A DNA stretch of 64,000 nt from Psammoneis japonica (Eukaryota): assembly GCA_008632985.1 (NCBI GenBank), contig QPGO01000202.1, positions 1 through 64,000 on the forward strand. The letters are read 5' to 3'. The notes under the pieces were generated by a model. It did not search any database and had not been told where the DNA came from. It saw only the letters and a program-made list of their open reading frames with translations. This document shows positions 13,257 to 24,558 of this stretch, one piece after another; position 1 is the first letter of the stretch; each line of letters begins with the position of its first letter. Made by a program: the position numbers and the translations under genes.

Positions 13257-14234
13257 GTGTGGGGTGGGGTTTGGTCAGGGAACACCCCCCTTCCTTGCTG
13301 TGCCCAGGGTTGGGGTTCGCACGGTGCAGGGTGGGGTTCGGTCAGGGAACACCCCCCTTCCTGTCATGGGTTGTTGTGTGAGCGGACGCTTGCCGAGTTG
13401 GGGTCGACTGCGAAGCAAACCCCGTCGCACCTTGTTGTTGAAGCATTCACACATGTTTGTCAGGGTTGTCGAATGCAGGTGGGGCGACTTCGTCAAGCAA
13501 GTGACCTCAACCCGTTTCCGGGTTGCCGGTTCAAGCACGTGTGTGCGGAAAAAGGGAGGGACTCGAACCCCCGGCCTCGTCCTACGACAGGCGAAGCTCT
13601 GCCACTGAGCTTGCCTTTTCACTGACACGTTGGGGACCAATCAGAGCATCCAATCTGTTCTGAGCACTGGTGGTTTGCCAGTGCCCAGAGGTCCCATCCT
13701 GCTGGCACGTGGGCTCGAGCAGGTGTGCTTGCAGACGCGGGGCTATGAACGTCGCCTTGTCTTCTACATTTGGTTCGCAGCTTCAAGGTGTGATCAGCAC
13801 CTCTGCTCCCTTGGGGGTTGCCATGGCTTTGCACGTGTTCCAAGTGTTTTGCTTGGAGCTTTCCAGTGCTTGCTTGGTCGAAGGCGTCACTGCCGCGCCC
13901 TTCCCCAAGTGGGACAGGGCCACCCGTTCCCAACCACTGGGGTTCCAGTTGGGGTGCACTGCCCAGGGTTGGGGTTCGCACGGCGCAGGGCAGGGCTTGG
14001 TTGGGGAACACCCCCCTTCCTTGCTGTGCCCAGGGTTGGGGTTCGCACGGTGCAGGGTGGGGTTTGGTCAAGGAACACCCCCCTTCCTGTCATGGGTTGT
14101 CATGTGAGCGGACGCTTGCCGAGTTGGGGTCGACTGCGAAGCAGCCCCCCGTCGCACCTCATTGTTGAAGCATTCATGCATGTTTGTCGGGGTCATTGAA
14201 TGCAGGTGGGCAAGTGACCTCAACCCGTTTCCGG
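13257..14234. mobile_element. ~1-kb non-coding insertion with ~255-bp terminal direct repeats, inside the Helitron Rep
   Basis: Repeats at about 13257-13521 and 13983-14234, each with a ~68-bp subrepeat. It splits the Rep frame between GIFGPV and INPHVMQRF. No TSD is visible. Confidence 0.8.
13548..13620 (-). pseudogene. tRNA-like sequence with Pol III A and B boxes and a non-canonical anticodon arm
   Basis: Minus strand reads GAAAAGG CAA GCTC AGTGGCA GAGC T TCGCC TGTCGTA GGACGA GGCC GGGGG TTCGAGT CCCTC CCTTTTT C. Acceptor, D and T stems pair; 73 nt. Confidence 0.7.
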
Positions 14235-16362
14235 ATTAATCCACATGTGATGCAGCGTTTTGTGCATTTGAAGGAAGTTTGCAAAGCATTGTCAGAGACA
14301 CTGGATCGAATGTGTCAATCCTCTTTGCCGAGACCGGTGCTTTTTGATTGTGGCATGCAGCAGATTGTCGACAAGAAGAGAGACGAGTGTGGGTTTTCCA
14401 AAGAATGTCTTAGACGGGTGAATCGAAATCCGTTGCTAGAAAGATCGAATCCATTGGAAGTGATGGAACCAGAAGGACACGTGCAATGTGAACGAGTGCA
14501 AGAAAAAGCTTCTGGGCAAGGAGGCCAACAACAAATGCACGATCACATGCTGACTTGCCACCAAGGTACAATGGGCAGCAGTGGTTGTTGCTTGTCCCAA
14601 CCAGCTGGCCTTGTAGAAGAGTCTGGAGCAGTGCGTTTGGTGCTGAAGAAAGAGGTGCTTGAAAGAGAAGAAGACGATGGCAGTTGGGCTGAGGAAAGTC
14701 AAACAGCAGGTGTGGTGCAAAAAGAAGAAAAGGAAGACTGCAATCTGTGTGATGCAGAAGAGATGGAATGGAACGACGAGCCGGAACGGCACAAGACCAT
14801 CGACATTTTGGAAAGAAGGACAGAAGATTCCGCAACAGTGTGGGAGACAAAAAGACCGCGTGTGCAATTGGATGACATTGAGTGTCGGTTGAACAGTGGA
14901 GAAATGTCAAAAGATGAAATGCTGGCATTGTCGCGAGATGGCGTCTCGGACACGTGTCGTAATCGTGAATCTTTGTGGACGGCTCTCGACAAATTGACGG
15001 AGGAGAAGTTGACTGAATTTTATTTGGAACTCCTCGACTTCGTAAAGGAGGGCAATGGCAATGTTTCCATGTTCAATGTCGTCATCTCCCATTGCACCGG
15101 TTCTCACAACAACTGTCAGTCATTGGGAAGTGCTGGACAATCGAAAGGAGCCATCTTCTGCACATGCCCGCACATGGGCAAACGCAAGCATCCCTTGCAA
15201 CATTGCATGGCATTGTTTCGAGAAGCCGTCAGTCATGCCAAGCAGTGTGCCAGCAAGGCAGACGATGGAGGAACCTCCGGACGCAATGTGAAACAAGTCC
15301 TCCAATGTGTGATGAACAAGATGAATTTGCAAATGGAGTTGTCCGATTGCCAGATGTGTGCCGACTTGCCAGGTCTGCCGAGCATCATTGCTTTGGAGAA
15401 ATTTGTTTGCAGCAATCCGGCTTGCAACTGGGCTTGCAGCACACCAATCCAAATAGAGGAAGATGGCAAACAGCACATGGAACGACTGTTTGAACGGCTG
15501 TTGGAACAAAGAGAGAAACACAACTTGGACGACAGCATGTTCATTGACGATTCGTGCGACGGGTGTGAGGACAGTGATGAAGAAGGCATTGAAGATCACA
15601 GTGGTGTATTTTGAACAAATGAAGCACGTAAAATGACGGCCAAGATGGAAGCATTCACATCAGAAACATGCAGTGCTGCAAGTGCAGCAATGCAGTGCAG
15701 GCCAGTTGACGACACAGCACAAACGAATTTGGATTGGCCCTCCAGCTGGCTAGAGAGTAGAGAGACTGCACACCGGCAGCCCACATTGAGATGGCTAAAA
15801 CCAACATGAAGCCAACAACACAATGGTTGTGATTGTTGTGCTCCAGCAATGCTGTGCGCACAGTCACAGCACCTGCTCTCTGCAGTGCTGTGGCAGAGGG
15901 CGGGCCCTCCTCGTGGTGACAATGGTGCACAAACTGAGTTTGATTGCACCACATTCGGATGTAAAACTCACATGAAGCCAGTTGGATGATGGCTGCGGTT
16001 GTCCTCCAGCAATGCAGTCACAGCGCCCATTCACGCACTCCTTGCTAGCATCATTTTGTCACCGGATGACTCCCAGACTGATGAGCCATGCAAAATGAAC
16101 GTGCACCCATTCACGATGCCCCAACTCATTTGACTGACACAGTTCCACAATGGCAGCGCACTGATGTTAAGTGCAAGAATGAATGACAGTGGCACCGACC
16201 CTAAAACCTCTCACTGACTGTTGCACTTTCTTGTGACACATCATTGTCACAACGTCGTGAAATGACAACAACTGACAGGGAGTCAACTTCCACTCCACAC
16301 TCTGACATCACGCAGCAGGAACGGCTTAAAAAAAAAAACAACAAAAGAAATGAAAGGCAGAG

Positions 16363-16930
16363 ATGCAGCGTGTCCGTCGGGCTGCCACCAAACATGCTTC
16401 ATTCAAGTCTCAACGGCCTCCCATTGGAAAAACAATCCCAGCAGAACACGGCAATGCAAGAATCAAACACGAAGCTAAAGCACTGCAAGGACCCAAGGTG
16501 TTCGGGAAAGATGATGTGAGGATGAAAACAAGGTGGGTTGATTGCAAGAAAAATGCTTGGGTTCCACACAATGAATGCACTCCAATTGGACACTTCGGAG
16601 CCAAGGCGTCTCCGGAAAATCCCCCCCATCAACCGATTCGATCCTTGAGAGAAGATTCGTCCAAGCAAACTTCATTGCATCAAATGCATTGTCTGTGAAG
16701 ATTGGCGCTTCAGCGACCTTCCGACAACCATGGGAGCCACTGACAAAGAATGCTGCACATGCAGAATGCCTTTCGAAAAGGACGACAACGACAATTGCAA
16801 AGTGGCTGTGCCTCATGCATGCCTTCACACTTTCCACCAAAGCTGTCTCTGTCGTTGCATGCAAAATTCTCAAGGACCTCCAAGTTGTCCTTTTTGCAGG
16901 CGGGAGCATTGATTGCCACACTGTGTGACG
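16363..16930 (+). pseudogene. Chromo-like domain followed by a RING-H2 finger (frameshifted)
   Basis: HEAKAL...KTRWVDC...WVPH restores to YEVKAL...KIRWVDY...WVPY if TA is put back. It is followed by C-x2-C...C-x-H-x2-H-x2-C...C-x2-C in ORF 16730..16912. Confidence 0.65.
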
Positions 16931-17659
16931 TTGCAACCACGCTTTAATTTAAAACGCATTCGCTGCCAATCACAATGGAAAAGCAATTCTTGTCCCGGAT
17001 GGACTCTTTTTGCAGCAACGACGGCACCATCTGTCTTTGCTTCACAGTTTGCTTTACTCACTTTCCCACCAGACAAAGTGGGGTTGTTGACAAGATGCAT
17101 TCCAAGGTGCAAGGGACGTCCAGATGCAATGCCTCCTCCGGCATCAATTCCCGTCACAACATCTCCGACCACCTTCTGTTTCAAAAAGTGCCGGTGCCGT
17201 TTTTGGACACACACCGAAGCTTTTTCCAACTCAGCGGTGTTCACGCTCCGTTCTTTTCCGACGCACACTCCTGCAGTGCTGCCCTTTTCAAAATGACACG
17301 ATGCAACCACTGCATGAGGGGCGTCACCATCGACAACGTCCTTCACAGGAAGGGACTTTGCCAAGATGTGATCTTCCATGACACCATTCTTGGAAAGAAT
17401 GGACAGCTTGCACATGGCATTCTTGTCATGTCATTTCACGGTGACCTTCTGTGACACACTGTCAACCTCCACAGGCAACATTAAAGTCCATTGACAATGA
17501 CTTCCATGTTTTTTTTACATTTTCCGGATGTGTGCAATCCATTTGAAAGTCTTCGAACAAATCATGTTCTGTGCCATCTGTGCCACTCATGGCATGTTGC
17601 GCTTGCTCAGATGCTTTCCTTTTCGATCGCTTCAATGCCATCCCTTTCTTGTGACGCAA
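16930..17659 (-). pseudogene. SET-domain protein pseudogene
   Basis: FEKGSTAGVCVG ... IDAG ... MHLVNNP ... NC ... AAKRVHPGQELLFHC matches the SET layout (GxYxG; NxxxxxxN; AxxxIxxGxELxxxY) with Tyr changed to Cys/His. Confidence 0.7.
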
Positions 17660-18296
17660 TCAAGGCAGGCCCCTGCTGTGTCTGTGAAAGTGTTCACGAG
17701 ATGCCTTGCAAGCCCTCATGACCTTTGCCGGAGCATTGTCTTGTTTGTGATTCTTGCCGACTGGAAATGGTTCTTGAAGTTCTTGTGCAGTCCCTTTGTG
17801 ACCAGCACGAGCCATTGTTGCACTGCACTGCAAACCACCTGTTGCAATGCAGTGCCACCACCACACTGCAACACAGACAGCAATGACTTGTCATGAAGAC
17901 GCCAACAAAAACAGTTGTCTTGGTGGGACTTGTCACTTGCTGGTCTGTGCTGCAAACTGCAGCAGATGCACGCGACACCGTGCCACAGCACTGCAGCACT
18001 GGTGCTGCACAGCAGTTGGCAGCTGCCACAAAGTACAATGCTCTGCAGTGAGACACAGAGAGAAGTCCCAACAATGGGCTCATTGCCCCCAACAATTGCT
18101 GCACGTTGTTGCCCATTCCATCCATGCCAACGACTCTGGCCTTGCACACGAACAGATGGCATTTGAAACCTTCCATGGGTGGCATCGGTCCTGCAGTCCC
18201 CAAGTTCAACCCATCCTTGCTGCCTCCCAAAGAGAAGCACCGACACACAACTCACAAATGTTGTGTCAACAAAGGACGCCAACGCAAGAAGACAAA

Positions 18297-20929
18297 ATGC
18301 TGCAAGAAAAAGCTCGCGATTGCTTCGTTAAAAAAGCAAGGCATTGACATTGCCAAGATTGTTCCAAACAAAGCAACGCACCCCAAGGAAACTTTGAAAC
18401 TTCCTGTCACACGCAAATGGACGTGTCCAGCATGCATGACTCGTCAGAATCCCATGGACAAGAACCGTTGATGCCTCGTTTGCCACAATGAAAGGCAATC
18501 ACGACCAAACACAGACAAACAGCATGTCTGCAACTTTGTGCTGCCACCGGATCCAAAGGACAGTGAAGATGATGACAATTCCCGAGAAGAAGATTGTGAC
18601 ATCACGGATTGCGACGACGATCTGTCAAACTGTTCGGACAATTTGTGGATTCCGAAGAAATTACAAGATGAATTGGATCGCGAGAAATGGAAACTCGAAC
18701 GATGATCCAAGAAATCACAGTGCAGCAAACATCGCCTTGAAGCTTGCCGGGAAAACCAGACTTGGCGGGATTCCATGATGGAACTCTGACAAACCACCCT
18801 GGACGAAACATGATGCACCATGGACGACATGTGTGTCTGGTGTCTCTTCTGCTTTGCTCCCAAGCTGCAAAAAGCAACTTCCATGCTTTGCTTCAAATGA
18901 GGCCACCTCGCTTGGAAGTTCCTCCGAAAAAAAAAAACACGTCGACAAGATCTACGCTGTCCAATGCGCTCCCTTGAATTTAACTCTCAGCAAACTTCTC
19001 AACATCGTGCACCACGGTGCAGGACCCATTGCGAAAATCCCCAAGCTGGAAGAGGAGTGCAATCAGGAAGCAATCCCGCTGCACAACGATGAGAACCATT
19101 TTCTGTCCAATGATCCACTCCAACCTACAGCAACAAATCATCATGATTTGCTGCAACCCATTGGTGCCAAACTGTTCCGCACTGTCCACTCGCACCTCAA
19201 CAAATTTTGCAAGTGGGCCAAAAAGGACTGCAAATGGAGTTTGATGTCACTGAACGTCGGGACAAGCAACCAGCAAGCACAAGTCATGTGCAAGCACGAA
19301 GGCATGATGTTTCCCGGTGTCGGCAGAAAAACAGAGCATCTCAGCAAGGAATTTTTGAGAGAGATGGCGGAACTGTCGTCCATGGTGCACGATTTTGTCA
19401 TGTTGGTGATCTTCCACAGTGACGAGTCGCAATGTTTTCCACACTGCCCACACCGAGAGTTCATGCTGAAACATCTCCGCCAGAAGATGAGTGCGGAAGA
19501 CATCACCGGCATGAAACACCACGCCATGCAATTCCACGTCACGGACTTGACGGGGTTGCACCTTGATGCCAGGGATTCTTCCACAGACAAGCACTGCTGT
19601 TCCACAGGACTCAATGTGAAAGTGGAAATGTCCAATCATTTCAGCAAGGCACAACAGAAGACCCTCCTCAACGCAGGCATGCAATCCCGAATCATCAACC
19701 TCGGCGCAATGTTCCACAGCAAACAAGTCATCTGCTCCAGAGCAATGAGCTTGGAAAGATCTGTTGCGGCCAGCAGCATCTGCACGGACTTCCTTGCTGC
19801 CCTCACGGATGAAACTTGGTTGGACGTCAACCTGTTTGATTGCAACAACAAAAGACCAACCCACACGACGATGGAACGGCTCAGCAAGTGGTGCACCAAC
19901 AGACAGACATTTGCAGAGCACAACGGCCGAACGACAGCACACGCGTGCTTCCTTTTGGAGTGCATTGCTAAAATGCTGAACTGCTCCAGCACAGTCAACG
20001 TCATCCTGCACTTCCTCCGATGGCTCGACACCATGGAATGCGCCACCATGGTGGTGGTTGCGAAGGACTTGGTGTTTTTGTGCCTTTTCGTCACACGCGA
20101 ATGTCCGGGGCAGTGGCTGATCCTCACCATCCTGCACAATTTCATGGAGAACCACTTCAATGGACAACCCGGCACCTTCTTCACGGCCATCCATGTCGAA
20201 CGCAATTTGTGCATGTTGTGTGTGGTGGAATTGCACTGCCTGTCCTTTGGCGAGCCACTCTCACTGACACAACCGACAAGCCGCAAGGGAGACAAATGCC
20301 GTCCAAGATGTGCCCACCCCCGCCATCGCGCGTCGCAACCACCGGCGGTCCAATCTTGCACAGACAAACCTGTCATCAAGGCCATGGGAAATTGCACAGA
20401 GGAGCTGCTACGAACCTTGCATTCGGGAACCAGATCAGTGCCAAAAACAGCCGACAAGGTTCATCGAACCATCACACAAAGTCACACATTGAAAGGATTG
20501 GGCCACCTCCTGGCAATGGACCTTGTCCAGCTCTTCTCCCTGTTCGGACTGGCAAATCCCGCTTGTGCACTGGAGGCACTCGTCTCCAAGAACCTTTCGC
20601 ATGGTCCTGGACGCTGGTTTCTCACGCATGGTGGGACGTCCTGCTGTGATGACAATGGCAATGAACTCACGATCTGTGCCCAATTCGACAACATCATGTC
20701 GGAGCCACATGAACTCAAGTGGACACACGTGGAAAAATCACATGTTGAACAGTGCGGCTGTGGTCGGGCAAGAGGCAGTGATTGCAAGTGGGAGTTCCTT
20801 GTGTTCATTGCAAACCAAATGCAAACAGCATCCAGCATGTGCCGAGTTCCGTCCAAGAAAAAAATCCACCACAAAATTTTAGTGGACGCTCGTTTGCACC
20901 GCACCTCCCGACGGAACATGCAAGGGTGA
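18297..20929 (+). pseudogene. Large decayed ORF with an N-terminal RanBP2-type zinc finger, an acidic tract and an unknown ~700-aa region
   Basis: WTCPACMTRQNPMDKNR*CLVC near 18418-18485. The 698-aa frame 18833..20929 has coding-like codon use and only one Tyr. Confidence 0.55.
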
Positions 20930-21698
20930 TTGGCAAATCCAGTTCTTGCTTCCAGAAGGAACACCATGGCCAGCTGGATGCACATTTTTGCCTTGATCAC
21001 AGTGACAATTACATTTTATTTCCACCATTGCGTGTTTCACTTTACACTGTCTTTCCCACTGTGCGTGCAACCACCTTCACGAAATGCCAGCCTGCACCCC
21101 AACTGAGCACCTCCGGCAAGGCATCTTGTCCCACCCACACACAACACCACACGTGCCTGCCCCACTTGACAGCTGTTGCGACTGTCGCTCCCATGTGTTG
21201 ACACACCCACATTGCCACCCAGCCCAATTGCCAACGGCGCGACCATGCCCATGCCCGCAGCACCATGAAGGCCCACAGCACCACGACAACACACAATCAG
21301 TTCCCAGCAAATTTGCCATGCTTGTGCAGGCACAAAATCACTGATGCACTGTCCGCCGAGACACCGCACCCCCTGCGAAACAATTGTGGGCCACGACTCT
21401 TTTGCAAAAAACCTGCGATTCCCCGGACAAACCACCCCTTGCAAGACACTTGTCCTTTGCTTGTGCAATTGTGAACCTGTCATTGTTTGGACAAACCACC
21501 CCCACAAACCAATTGTGCCTTTGACTCGATTGCGAACCCTCCCTTCTTCGGACAAACCACGTCTCGCCAAACAGTCATTTCAGAGTCATCACAATTTCCT
21601 CATTTCCGAACCCTCCCTTCTTCGGACAAACCACCTCTTGCAACCCATTTGTGCCTTTCACCGACTTTTGGCCAACCCTCCAATCTTCGGACACACCA

Positions 21699-22087
21699 GA
21701 CGCGTTCCAGGTCTAGGTGGGACCTCGCACTGCTGAACTGTGACATCGACAGTTTTTTGAATCGCGTCGTATGTCGCTCACGTACATTTCTACGTGATTT
21801 TGGCGAAATTTTGCATCATTTTATAGTGCAATTATCAGGCGATCCATTCAACAACTTTTAACATTTTTTTCTTCTACGCCATTCTCGAGTGTCTTAAGAA
21901 TGGCGTAGGGCAGGCGCATTGTCCAAAACTTCGAGTACGAACAGAGATGCATGCACTGCAAGCTTGGCCGTTTATTTTGTGTCGAAGATAAATATATCCA
22001 TTAACCAGAGTACGAACTACAGAGCTCGCACGTAGAATTCTACGGGGCAAATGTCACAAAAAGTCCCACCTAGGACTGGAACCCGTC
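21699..22087 (+). mobile_element. MITE copy 1 (389 bp), ~25-bp TIRs, 4-bp TSD ACCA
   Basis: gacgcgttccaggtctaggtgggac ... gtcccacctaggactggaacccgtc, flanked by acca on both sides. TA-rich. Confidence 0.95.
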
Positions 22088-22503
22088 ACCACTCCTTACA
22101 AAAAAGATTTGTGCCTTGGAAGCAAAACTTGCCTTTTTTGTTCTTCGAACAAACCACAATTGCCCCTGCATCCTTTGAGAACCTTCCATTCATCAGACAA
22201 CCCACCCCTTGCGAAACCCTTTGCAAACCCAACATCCATCGGATGAACCACCCCTTGCAAATGAGTTGAGCCATCGTCGAAATTGCGAACTCTCTCTCCT
22301 GCAGATAAACCACCACCCCTTGCAAACCAGTCATGTCACGATCAATGCAATTGCCTCTTTTCCAAATCCTCCGCACTTCAGACAAACCACCCCACACAAC
22401 CATTTGTGCCTCCCCCTCACCATTTGTGAACCCTCCCTTCTTCGATCACACATTTCTCCTCCCACAAAACGAAAGAAGCCACAGCAACACCGCTTCCACA
22501 ATC

Positions 22504-22895
22504 AACGCGTTCCAGCCCCAGGCAGGACTCCGTGTGACATTGGGCCCGCAGAACTCTGCATGCGAGCTCCGCATTACGAGAATTTAATCAATGGACACAT
22601 TTGTCTTCAACATCAAACAAACGGCCAAGTTTGTGGTGCAATTGTGCCTCTTGCCACTCGACGTTTTTGCAGGCGCGCCTGCCCTGCGCGATTCTCAAGA
22701 CATTGTAGAATCGCACTGTGACAAAAAATGTCAAAAGTTGTTGGACAGATCGCTCAATGAGTGCACCGTAAAACATGACACAAAATGTAGAAAAAATCAC
22801 GTAGAAACACACGTGCACGAAATGCGACGTGATTCAAAAAACTGTCGATGTCACAGTTCAGCAGTGCGAGGTCCCACCTGGACCTGGAACACGTC
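22504..22895 (-). mobile_element. MITE copy 2 (392 bp, inverted, partly mutated), TSD AATC
   Basis: Reverse complement of copy 3, flanked by aatc on both sides. Many TA sites have become CA/TG. Confidence 0.92.
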
Positions 22896-22928
22896 AATCA
22901 CACCCAAGAACGCCCCATCCACCATCAC

Positions 22929-24006
22929 CATGCCAAACGATCCCAAGAAGCAAAGCACCAAGTCAACGGCCGCTAAATCAAAATCACCTTCCGAAAGTGA
23001 GACGCCGACCCACAGTCCTTGAACACAGACAGAACTTCAAGGCAACCACCGACGACAAAGAATCTCCGACCAAGAAAAAACCCAGAAGCAGAAACCACAT
23101 CAACCACTTTGGCACTTGATCAGGAGAAATCATCACAAGGCTCATCAGCTGCAATGGTTCCACCACGATGCCACCTTTCGCCAAACCATGGTGGGATGCC
23201 TTGGAGACCAACAAGATTTTGTCGATTGCAGGCATTCACTTCATAAAAAATCTCGTCAGCACCTGCAACCCGATCTGCACATGGTTGGCAGAGAGCAAAT
23301 CCAAGTCCGATCCAACCCAGGTGCACGAAACGCACTGGCCCCTCATGATCCGGGTCCTGTCAGACCCCAAGTTGAACACACCAACCCTGCGCAGGAAATG
23401 GGTGATGCGCATCTGCGACATCCTAAATGAGATCATCAAGAGAGATTTCAAGTGGAACAATCCCTGCGACGTCGGGTCCGACATCACTCCTGTCAATGGG
23501 CCAAGCGATGCTTGCCTTGGAAACTGCCTCACCATCGCCGACACGATGGACGTCATGCAGTGCAGCTTCCCGGACAGCACCCAAGATGGCATTTGCACCA
23601 ATTGAGAAACCATGGAACTGCACTGTGGCCCAAACAAAGTCAACACTGCCCTTTGAGAGTTTGGCTGCACAGTCGAAGACAACAAAGATGGCAAACAAAA
23701 AGCCTCCAAAGGCGCAAGTCTGGTGAAGCAGGACGTCCCAGACACCTTCGAAGCCTGCGATTGTTGACAACTCACTCTGGACATTGCGTGGAAAGGACTC
23801 CGCCGCCGGCAATGGCAGCAGAGATTCACACCCACCTCGCCGCGCCCGCGGCCGACCCTGCACCTGCACCTCTGCGCACATCCATTTCTCCGTTCATCAC
23901 AACTGGACAATGCTGCACATCACTTGGTGACGATCCACACAACTTTTTTGTGCTAGAACTGCAACACTGCAAAACACACACAACAAATGACAAACACACG
24001 CTCTAA
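22929..24006 (+). pseudogene. Decayed ORF of unknown function
   Basis: Starts MPNDPKKQSTK. Continues as broken coding-like frames (23168..23605) with TGA interruptions. Confidence 0.3.
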
Positions 24007-24135
24007 TCTGTCACACTGCTGACTTGAACACTGCGTGACACATCCGAACATGCAACAACATCCCTGCATCTCAACCATGCAAGAAGTCCCTCCTTGCTTC
24101 CGAACAACCAGAGGCCGCCAACCTCTCTCTTCCAA

Positions 24136-24558
24136 CTGGCAACGTTCACCATGAATGCGTCGAGCCAACATCAGATCCTTTGGCATGACAGTCACATGCC
24201 CAGCATGGACAGTGCAAAGATTGCTGTCATGAAGCAATCCAATCAGATGCGCTTCCGAAGCCTCCTGCAATGCCAAGACAGCCGTAGACTGGAATCTTGC
24301 TCCCTGCACTCCCAATTCACTCATCACTTCACCAGCCACTTGACAAACAAGATGCTGAAACGGTGCCTTCTGGATCAACAACTCCATCGACTTCTGATGC
24401 TTCTGGATCTCACGCAATGCGACAACTCCAGGGCAGAAGCGACAATGTTTGTTCCTTCCGGCAGCCTTTGAGTTGACCTTCGCCACTTTGCCGTGCAACC
24501 TCTTGCAACCGACGACACCTCCGGCATTTTTACGTGCGGTTTGCTTGACGCGGGCCAT
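24136..24558 (-). pseudogene. Divergent histone H3 variant pseudogene
   Basis: [10 protein letters not shown]...PGVVALREI...ELLI.KAPFQ.LV...[16 protein letters not shown]...[22 protein letters not shown]. The inferred TAG stop now reads CAG at 24136-24138. Confidence 0.9.

Larger units (their letters stand above)
9765..15614 (+). mobile_element. Helitron-like Rep (rolling-circle transposon) remnant, interrupted and 3'-truncated; no helicase seen
   Basis: Motifs in Helitron Rep order: PKLSTAAGIDFG, GLPSCFMTLSFDD (GxPxxFxT), KGIFGPV, QMHDHMLTC, and SHNNCQ...AIFCTCPHMGK (YxxxYxxK with Tyr changed to Cys/His). Contains stops and frameshifts. Confidence 0.75.

Noticed and set aside
13548..13620. 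Functional tRNA gene
   Set aside because: The anticodon arm is bulged with a non-canonical loop, the conserved U8 and D-loop TA are altered, and it lies inside a mutated insertion.
24136..24558. CenH3 ortholog
   Set aside because: The tail begins like canonical H3, and Q68 and F84 are retained. Only loop 1 length is CenH3-like.
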